DNA of 64,000 nt from Macrostomum lignano. Taxonomy: Eukaryota. The stretch covers positions 186,001 to 250,000 of the forward strand of contig NIVC01000655.1 in assembly GCA_002269645.1 (NCBI GenBank). The letters are read 5' to 3'. The notes under the pieces are model-generated. The model did no database searches. It saw only the letters and a list, made by a program, of their open reading frames with translations, and was not told where the DNA came from. The position numbers and the translations under genes were made by a program. Positions 30,665-41,019 of this stretch are shown piece after piece. Each line of letters starts with the position of its first letter. Position 1 is the stretch's first letter.

Positions 30665-31935
30665 TTAAATGCCACTATTCTTTTCAAATAGAAGCAGCTA
30701 TGTGCTTACTGTGATAGTCAATTTCAAGTATTTTTCGATGCCTATAGCTCACCCTGTTCAGTTTGTACAATGGTATTGAGTCATCGATAAAGCTGTATTA
30801 GGCTATATTTGGCACAAGTTTCTACAGGTGCATGTTATGGGATTGCAACATTCATTGGACACAAGCTACTCGTATATAGCGCAGAATTTTATCTACTAAC
30901 ATTTAACTGTTGTACAAGTAAGCTAAGGACACATTGTGCTTTATCTAAAAATTGATATCCTTGCTATATTTGCTACCACAACTGATTGAATAGGAAAGCT
31001 AGATGATGAGAGCTAGCCTTTTATTTGCTTGTTAAATTGCTTTTATATAAAAAAGCATCTTTTGTGACACTTAGGCTTGGCTTTTGTCCCATGGAACTTT
31101 GCATTGTGCAATATGAGCAATGCCAGGCATATTGTAGTGTACAGAGCCAGGCTTTTAATGTTAGGCAGTAGCACAATAATAGTAATCAGTTGGCAGTGCA
31201 TCTACTAAATGTTTGTTCTACCTTTTTAATCCAGTGATTTTTCAGCTTAGTCAATTTAGATAATGATAGTTATTTTATTACAAATTTTGTTTCAAAAAGT
31301 TATAGCTAGTTGCTTTAGATATTATATATAGGCTTGCAAGACTGCTATAGCCTACTACTATATGTATAAAATAATTTTTGCTGTAAAACTTCCATTATAT
31401 GACAATGACAAATATATTGACATTCATTATTTTTTAGTGATATTAAATATATAAATATCTACTATTATTGTTTTTTCCTATATGTTAAAGGATTTTCTCC
31501 AAATATTATGATGGCAATAGCAATAACAATCCTAAAATTGTCAAGATTGTCATTTTGCTACCTAAACTTGTAAACAATTAACAAGCCTTTAAATTATGCT
31601 AAATTCTCTATATTGGCTATTATATATCTTGTCAGCCTAGAATTTTTTATGGTATCAACTTTGAACACTTGGCCATAACCACAGCCACCCTTTCTCTTAA
31701 GCTTGAGAAAAATTAAGACCTAAGAAAAAAAACTAAGACCTTTCTTAAATATAACTCAATTCTTAGTTGTATAAGTATAATTTACAATTATAAAAAAATT
31801 AACTTGCCTGGCATGCTATGCAATTGGTTAAGGCTTTTGTTTTCTATTCTAGTATAGGCTTATAAACAGCATGATTTATGATTTGCAATGAGATATCATT
31901 GATTCATTCAACTAAGGCTATCTTTTTTATTAGAG

Positions 31936-32388
31936 GCAGGGGGTCGTGTGCAACCTGGCGCACTTTAAGCGACATAGGCACACAACCAGCAAGAGGCATT
32001 ACTGCCTATTCCGCCAACTCCCTTGAGCAGGCATACAAGTATGCGGATATGTATGCAGGCACATACTTATATCGGAGTATATAGTGGCCCTAACTTTATA
32101 TTATTGTTAGGCATGTACACTTCAATGTGCCTTGGGGGGTTAGCCCTAACCCCCCAATGTGCCTTGGGGGGTTAGCAGGGGGTCGTGTGCAACCTGGCAC
32201 ACTTTAAGCGACATAGGCACACAACCAGCAAGAGGCATTACTGCCTATTCCGCCAACTCCCTTGAGCAGGCATACAAGTACGCGGATATGTATGCAGGCA
32301 CATACTTATATCGGAGTATATAGTGGCCCTAACTTTATATTATTGTTAGGCATGTACACTTCAATGTGCCTTGGGGGGTTAGCCCTAA
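31936..32388. repeat. Direct tandem duplication (period 239 bp) of a CpG-containing insert, with a perfect hairpin GGGGGGTTAG-CC-CTAACCCCCC
   Basis: Copies 31936-32149 and 32175-32388 differ at two positions. Confidence 0.92.
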
Positions 32389-32629
32389 AGGCCGTTAAAC
32401 ATGCTTTATATGTATATTCTAACCTTGGCTAACTGGTGGATTGCATAGACAATTGCTATATTCATAGATTTTACTTAACTGTGCATTGGCTTTGCCCATA
32501 TACTAAGCAGCCTATCACTGCTATGTTTTTGACTATAGTGCCAAAGCATATATGGCTGATACTAAAAAATGGTCTGCCTGTGTGTGTCCTAAGTCTTTGG
32601 TGCTTGCTAAGTATCTATTGGATACTTGC

Positions 32630-32935
32630 TTTTGGGGGATTGCTTGCTTTCTGGGGGATTGCTTGCTGTCTGAGGGGTTGCTTGCAATCTAGGGGATGCT
32701 TGTTGTCTAGGAGATTGCTTACTATTTGAGAGATGCTTGCTGTCTAAGGGAATGTTTACTATCTAAGGAATGCTTGCTGTCTGGGGGATTGTTTGCTATC
32801 TGAAGGATGCTTGCTGTCTAAGGGAATCATTGATTGCTATCTAAAGAATACTTGCTATCTGAGGAATGCTTGCTGTATAGGTGGAGGATTGCTTGCTGTC
32901 TAGGGGATGCTTGCTGTCTGGGGGATTGCTTGCTA
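32630..32935. repeat. Degenerate ~20-bp tandem repeat (GGGGATTGCTTGCTGTCT)
   Basis: Recurring TGCTTGCT(G/A)TCT motif; similar material at 38930-39230. Confidence 0.75.
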
Positions 32936-33019
32936 CATTATATTTTTATTAAAATTATTAAATTCTTTCTTTGCTCCCTAACAGGGGGCTTAAATTGCTA
33001 GTCATCAGATATCAGATAT

Positions 33020-33560
33020 AGGCCTACTAAAAATAAAAATCTTGCTTGCTTATGCGTAGTCAATTATTTTCTGAATGGCTCAACCAATTTTCTCTATTTT
33101 TTTCACCAAAAGATATTAAATGTGTCTAGGACAGTAGGCCTATATGTAATTTTTTAAGCTCTAGCTTATTGCTAAAGCAAAAGGAAAGGATTAAATAGTC
33201 AAAAAACTGATTTAAATGGGCTTTTTCAATGCAAATTTTATTAGGCCCTAGCTTGCACACAGTGAAAGACTTCATAGCCAATTTTAATGATTGCATCAAC
33301 AGATTCAATATCAAATGATAACAAAACTCACTCTGCCCCATTGCCTGCCAAGATAATTACTCTATTTAACTTGTGTAACCAATAAAGAGGGGATATAGGC
33401 CTAATAAAAATTTTTGATGCTAGTAGATAGCCTACCCCAGCTAGTAGGCCTACTAAAAGTAAAGATAATGAAATCATTTCTAAAAAGGAAAAAGTATATC
33501 TAAAAGATATTATTACCTAAAAGACCCAACCAAATGTTGACTTGACCTAGGCTATACTAT
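33020..33560 (-). mobile_element. Old, CpG-decayed copy of the dispersed element at 45358-46290
   Basis: Reverse complement of about 33077-33415 aligns colinearly with about 45915-46214. Confidence 0.8.
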
Positions 33561-33718
33561 ATACTAATTTGCTTACCCAATATTATCCTAGGCCTATACC
33601 TATAGCCTATGTAGGCCTATACAGAACAGATGTCGATGACAAAAAACATGATATTGCAAACAAACTGATCACATGAATTTTGATGAACAGAACAAAATGA
33701 AATGCACATGCAAAAAAA

Positions 33719-34240
33719 TTGGCTATCCTGCAGAATTGTTTGTTAAACTCACTGTTACGCACATTTTTTTAGCTATTGACATGAAACTTTCTAAAAATGA
33801 ATATTTGGCAATGTTGCAATTTGTTTTGCATAATTATTTTTACTTTTGAATATGCACCAACGTGTCACGGAAGCCGGATTTCTGCCAAGGTTGTACCTGT
33901 TGCCGAGCTGCTGAATCTGATGGATGGCATATTCCCTTTGCACTACATATATGATGGTACATGCATGTACCCTACCAATGTCTTTGGTGCAGTGTATTGG
34001 ATTGCCCATTACTAATATCCCCTGTGAGGATTTGAGTTCTGAGACTTGTTTTGAGCGACTTTTGAGGATTCAGTGACTAAGGAGCGATGTTGGCGCGTAT
34101 TCAAAAGTAAAAATAATTACGAGAAACAAACTGCAACATTGCCGAATATTTCATGTCAATTCTTTCATGTCAATAATACTACAATAGCTACAAACAAAAA
34201 TGTGCATACAGTGCAGCCAAAAATTCTGCAGGATAGCCAA
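33719..34240. mobile_element. Foldback/MITE-like element with ~140-bp imperfect inverted arms
   Basis: Arms 33719-33861 and 34089-34240 (e.g. TTGGCTATCCTGCAGAATT / AATTCTGCAGGATAGCCAA). No TSD identified. Confidence 0.7.
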
Positions 34241-34279
34241 AAATCAACAATGACAAATATTAGTTGTGACTTGTGTTGA

Positions 34280-34530
34280 CGCTGCCGCCGTCATCTTGTC
34301 TTGAGTAGGCCCTAGTCAGGCTTAGGCCACTTTAAGTCGTAAAATTTGAATTTATAAATTCTACGAAATTCTCATGCTTTAAGTGTTTAAGGCTCCAAAG
34401 TCAGGCATAGACTCCAAATTTGCCAGTACGTGTCAACACGCAGCTTAGTTGAAACTAAAAACAATGAATTATAAACGGACCAATAAATCAATAAACGCGC
34501 GCGCCGGCGGGATCCATCTATGCTAGCAAG
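34280..34530. promoter_or_regulatory. Candidate CpG-retaining bidirectional promoter region between U2AF65 (-) and HRD1 (+)
   Basis: CpG-rich patch (AAACGCGCGCGCCGGCGGG) at the point where gene orientation switches, flanked by CpG-free DNA. The function is inferred. Confidence 0.45.
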
Positions 34531-34888
34531 GCTAGTGCTGGAGTCCAGAAGTTAAAATAAAAATTTAAACACGGTTCGCCTTTCTATAAACAATTAAACA
34601 AACACTGTACACATATTTTTACTTTGATAATCTCGTGAACCTACCGGCTAATGTTTTAGATACAAAAATACTTTTAATTTCTATTAGCGGAATATGTTAT
34701 TATTTCATGTTTTTTTAATACAGGTTTGGCACAGGGTGATTTTTGTCGAAATTTAAACTGCAACGTAGAAATTTTTTTTTGAATCCACGTCATTTATTTA
34801 CAATTTGCTATTAGTCAAATTTTAGTGTTTGACCAACAAGTTTTTCCTGTGACTTAGCAAAGTCTTTAAGAAACCAATAAATGCAATT

Positions 34889-37800
34889 ATGCGCACCTTT
34901 GCGCTGTCATCCTTAAGCTTTGCTTTGACAATTCTTGTCTTTGGAAATGCTTTCTTTCAGAAAAAGCAGTTTTATCCATCCATTGTCTACTTAACAAAGT
35001 CAAACTCAAGTACAGCCGTAAGTGATCGCATATGATATATTGTATATTGAAAATATAAATTATTTTATAAGGAGCAAATATTACCATTCCTATAGACTAT
35101 ATGCTATGTTGATGAAAATGTTTGCAAAAATATCTTCTAGTTATTAATTTTTTTTCTTTCTTTTGGAATAAAATTAGGCCTATATTCATTATTTAAATAG
35201 GTTTTAGAGTATGCTGTAATTTATCATTTTTTTAGATAGGCCTGAATACCATGGTCAGGAAGGTGCAGCATGTGCGCCAGAATAACATCCATCAAAATTT
35301 TTGTTGTGCGCCACGTGCGCCGAGAAAAAAAAATTACTTGTGCGCCATGCGCAAAGAAAAATATACTTGAAAAAGCACCATCAAGTATTAAGTATCTAAA
35401 TTGAATCAATACCAATGGAAGTTCAAGCAGTTCAATCATGGCTTCTATTTGCAAAATATAAGCAAAAAGGTGCAACAAAAGCTGCAAAAGGCACAAATTT
35501 GTTAAAATTTGCAATCATTAAAAGCTACGATTAATGAAATTTTAAATAGAAACAACATTGGAAAAAATGACTATCGTATCGACTATCGCTTATTTTATTG
35601 ATTGATTGACATTTAATATACATTTTTTTTATTATTCATTATTATATTGTCACATACACTGATGTATAGTGTTCCGCCGCCGCGAGTTTTGACCTCCGTA
35701 ACCGTAACCGTAGCCGTAAGAAAGAAGCAACTTCCGTAGCCGAATTTTGCCGTCATTACGGGCTAAAAAAGTCCGTAACCGTAATTTGCCATAACCGTAG
35801 CCATAATGTATAACAAAAATTGATATTTTTGCATGAAAAGTAGGGCAGACAGAAAAGGACAGATAAAAAGGATAAAAGGATAGCAATAAAACCTACTTGT
35901 TGTTCGTTCATGCATTAATATTCATTTATTTTTTCGTAAATATAATATCTTTATCGAAGTATTCTATAGCATTGTTGTATGCAATTGTGTGCTTGGTGCC
36001 TTTTTCAGTTTTCTGTGTCGTGATTCTGTTTTGTTTCGCTACAATATGAATATATGACTGACGTGCCAAGGTCAATGTGTATGTTTAATATCATTAAATA
36101 AATATATGAATTTGTTCAAATAAAACTGCTTCAAAATTTCCGATGACTAAGAAATTGCATGTTACATTTTTTCATTTTCATTTTATTGTATTGTCTATTG
36201 TATTGTCTTTTTTGGTTTCAATCAATTTTCAATCATAATTCATATTCTTATCCTATTAGTATTTATTTAGTATTTCCTTATTAATATTCTTTCATCCTTA
36301 TCCTCATAATCTAAATCTAATATCCTATTTTTATGCTAAGGAGCTAAATGCTACATATGGCTAAGAAATAAGAATGCCAGATTCTTAGTCTCTTGTAGGC
36401 TTTGACTGGCTCTCTCTGTCTCGCTGCTATCATGCTATCGCTATGCTATGCTATGTCGTATGCCTAATGAGAAAATTTGTGAAAAAATTCGTTTTTCATT
36501 TTCAAGAAGTTTCGTAGATATTTAGAAACTTAACAAATGTAAAAAATAATAATAACTAGTAAAACAAAATGAAAACTGGTTGAAGTTGATATAAAAAAAT
36601 TCTTTTATAACACTAAACAGTTAAAAATAAATAATTTTTGTTACGGCTACCAATTACGGCAAGTCTAGAAAAATCTCCGTAATCTGTAACCGTAACCGTA
36701 AGCTCAAAATATGTCCGTAACCGTAATCCGTAATGAAAATACGGCTTCAAAAGTGTCGTAGCCGTAATTTGCTGTAGCCGTGGCTGTAATTACGGCGGAA
36801 CACTACTGATGTACCTTGTGTGCTATGCGCCGAGCCATGCACCAATGCACCAAGCCATGCGCACGCGGCGCAGTGAAGTGTGCGCCGTGCACCAGCAAAT
36901 TGCTGATTTGTGCCGGAAAATTCTGAGGATTCTACTGTCTTCCTGGCTTTGGCCTGAATAAAGCCTATGCAATACTTCCTAGGCCCCAGCATAGGGCCTA
37001 TACATATTTGATGATTGTGACCCTTTGATAATTGATGTGGTTAATAATGGTCCAATTTGGTGATAGCCATTTTGGTAACAACCAATTTGCCAACAAGTGA
37101 TTATAAACAATATTTATTGATTAATATGCTCTAATTTAGAGTCTAAAATACTTTAAAGACTAAAGACTCTAAAGTCTAAAAGACTCTAAAAGAGTCTAGA
37201 ATAATGTGCAAATGAACTTGAAGGAAAGAAAAATAAAAAATAATTGTTCTTGCACACTTTGAAAGATTTGAATTAATGCATAAAACTATTTGTTTAAAAG
37301 TATTTAAGCCAATCTTTCCCTCTTTTTAGGGCACTAAATGCATGCACCAAAAATATTGTATAATTGACCAAATATTGTATATATTAGAATCTCTAAGTTA
37401 GTGAATTTAAATTACAAAATTTACTTTCTTTTTTGTTAATTATACTTACAAAATTTTAATGTTTAAAATACATTTTGTTTAATTTTCTTTGCCTTCAATC
37501 TTATTTAGAAAGTTAATACACAAGTATTAACAAATTATAATATAGTTCAACTAGAAATTAAACTATATATGACAAAATATTTAAGATGGTAAATAGTAGA
37601 TTAATTATCGATAAAGTTAACTACCATAAAGATATCACACTTGATCATGTAGAATATGCCTAAAAATTCAAGTGTGCAATAACCTTGCATACCTAAATTT
37701 AAGTATATACAGTTGGCATGCACAACTGTTAAGTAATAGTATATGCGCATACCTGGTATACACTTTATAGAATCATATAGAATATTTAGTGTTAAGTAAA

Positions 37801-40800
37801 AAAAAGATTCCTGAAAAAAAATAATTTTAAAGAAAAAAAAAGAAAAAAAATTGAGGAAAAAATTTCAATTTTTCTAGCTGTTAAGCTAGTTATTAATGCA
37901 TTAAAATAGAAGTTTGTGTGTACTGATTTTATATTGCAAATAGTATAAAAAAGTAAGAAAAATAATTGACTAATTATTAGCAAAAAAGGTCTTTTACACA
38001 ATGTCAAAAAAGTCATTTACTGTTGCAATGCAAACAATGTTATTTATTGTTGCAATATTAGCCTAGATTTGAGAAAATGGGTGCATACTAAATTTTTTTG
38101 GTGTGCATTTGTAATTCTTCCATTTTTGTTCAGGTATGCACCTAGCACAATCTGGACCTAGCATGAGATATTGTGTTGGCAGTTATGAATTTGCTTTGTT
38201 ACCCTAGTGGCAATTATCAAAGTGGTTATTTTTTGTTACCAAAGTGGCTATTACAGAAATGGGTTATATTCATATGGCCCATGTATCTTGGTCTTAGAGA
38301 ATGACCCCTTAGCACATTTTTGCTAGACCCTTAATGCATGTCTACAAATTTTTAAATCATCCCAACAGGGCATCATATTAGGCTTTTTATTTATCACATA
38401 TATATTGGCTTTATTTTGACTTTGACTTTATATATTTGTATTATAATATTAAAACCATTAAAAGTACTATAATTCATTTTTAATTTGACAAAAGCTAGCC
38501 TGAATATAAGCATACTAGGTTTGAATTGTAATATTTTAATTTTGTAATTTAAAGTAAAAAAAATAATTGCATTAGCTTAAAAATGATTATTTCATTGGCT
38601 AAGACAAGTATTATTGTACTTATTAAAAAGATATGATTGTACACTAGCTAAAAAAGACTTTTGCACTATGTCAGAAAAGAATTTGTGAAAGATAAGAAAA
38701 AGGTTATTGCACTATATAAGATAATGACTTTATTGTATTAGATAAGAAATATTGCAGTACATAGAGAAAGGACTTTTGCTCTAGATGAAAATGAATATTT
38801 CATTATCTAAGATATAGATTATTGCATTGGCTAAAGAAAGGATTATTGCACTACATAAGAAAAATATTACTGCACTTAATAAGTAAAAGATTATTGTACT
38901 AGCTAAGGAAAGTGTTACACTAACTTGTTATTTAGGAGGGGTCATTTACTATTTGGGAGAGAGGAGATTCTTTTTATCTAGGGATGTTTACTATATCTTG
39001 GGAGTGCTTGCTATTAGGAGGGGGATACTTGTTATCTGGCAAGTGCTTGCTGATATTTGAAAGATACTTATTATCTAGGGAAGGCAGTTCCTATCTGGAG
39101 GTATTGCAAGCTATCTAGGGTTGCTTACTTTTAGGGGATATTTGCTCAGGAGAATTGCTGAGATTTCAAGGCTTGCTAGGGGGATTGTTTTGGGGAACAA
39201 TCAAGGATTGGGGGGAAGTGTCAAGGCAAATAGAATTCATATAAATAATTTTTGTCCCTTATTGAGTGCCTGAAAGAGGGCACTATAGATTGCTAGTCTA
39301 TCTATTATTTTTATTCCTATTTTTGTTTAGATAAATGTGTATGGTTAGCACTTAAAAGTTTTGAATATATATAATACACTAGATCATATTGAGTGCACAT
39401 TAGAATATACGATAGGTATATTATATTGGTCAACACACTATAATCTATTTTTTCTTAAAATTGATAACATATTGACAGACAGACATATCAACAAACCATT
39501 TTAGTATATGGATAGATATGGCCTTTAGGCTAGAAATTTATATGGATATATATTTGCCTCTCATTGAAAATTTTGTTATACAAAAATGGTTTGGGTTTGA
39601 TATATAAGTATTTAGTGTAGAACTTGTAAATTTTCATCAAATAAAACTCTAGTAATTTATTTCTAATATGCAGGCATTGGCATCTTGTATGATGATATTT
39701 GAGCCTATTTTGAAGATTTGTCTAGTTAAAGTTTTATTTGTCTACTTGTTGTCTTAGTAGTCTAAACTGAATTTCTTACTTTTGCATTATTTAATAATTT
39801 CAAGGTTTTAGACCCCATCCTAAATTTTTGGCCATGCCATTGCCACTGCTAATAGAGTAAGTCCAACTATCAAAATGAAAAATGCCTAAAAATACTTTGA
39901 TCTATCAATACTTCCTAAATATCTTACTGCAGTTAAAGATGATAGAATTGCAATAGAAATCTAAGAAAGCTAATAAGATTTAGAAATACAGTTCTAAGGA
40001 ATCTTATTATTTTCTGATAAGATGTTGTATAGTACACAAAAATATTGACTGCTCTCATAGGAAAATAATAAGTGCATAAATTTAATTCACTAAATATTGT
40101 AGGTTCTCTATCTGCAAGGCATCGTACTAATTTACCTATTGGGCAAAGCCATAGCTCGCATATTCTTTGGCCAGCTTCGTCCAACCGAAGTTGAGCACCT
40201 AATCGAGCGGGGCTGGTACGCTATCACTGAGACCTGCTTAGCTTTCGCAGCATTTCGCGACGACTTGTCATTCCGTTTCTTCACCATGTTCACTTTGCTG
40301 CTATTCATTAAATGCTTTCACTGGCTAGCAGAGGATCGAGTCGATTTTATGGAGCGCAGTCCGGTTATTACTCGAGTGTTTCACCTGCGAGCTATGGGTG
40401 TACTCACCTGCCTGTGCCTGCTCGATGCCGCTTTTATTCGATACGCCTATCGAACCACATTGGCTAGAGGAGCCAGCGTACAATTAGTATTCGGTTTTGA
40501 ATACGCCATATTGTTTGTGTTCGCTTTGGGCGTCTGGCAAAAGTACATATTGCACGCGATAGATTCGCGCTCCGACGAACCATGGGATCGTAAAGCTATT
40601 CTAATGCTTTGGGGCGAGCTGGTCTTGTCTGCCGCAAGCCTGCTATTGTACGCCATGTTCATCTTCATCATGCTACGAGTGCACGCTTTTCCATTGTTCG
40701 CTATTCGACCAGCTTATACGGCATTTAGAAGCTTCAAGCTGGCACTAAGCGACATGGTGCTGTCGCGCCGGGCCATCCGAATCATGCAGCAACGCTATCC

Positions 40801-40987
40801 AGACGCTACAGCCGAGGATTTATCTAGCTCCGATAATGTCTGCATCATCTGTCGCGAAGAGATGCTGCCTGATACTGGCTGTAAAAAATTGCCATGCGGC
40901 CATATTTTCCATTCTAATTGCTTGCGATCTTGGTTCCAGCGCCAGCAGACTTGTCCAACTTGTCGGATGGATGTACTTAGAGACAAT

Positions 40988-41019
<32 letters not shown>

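Noticed and set aside
37030-38270. Short inverted motifs (GTTACCAAA.TGGCTA) suggesting a decayed MITE
   Set aside because: Too degenerate to define ends or a TSD.
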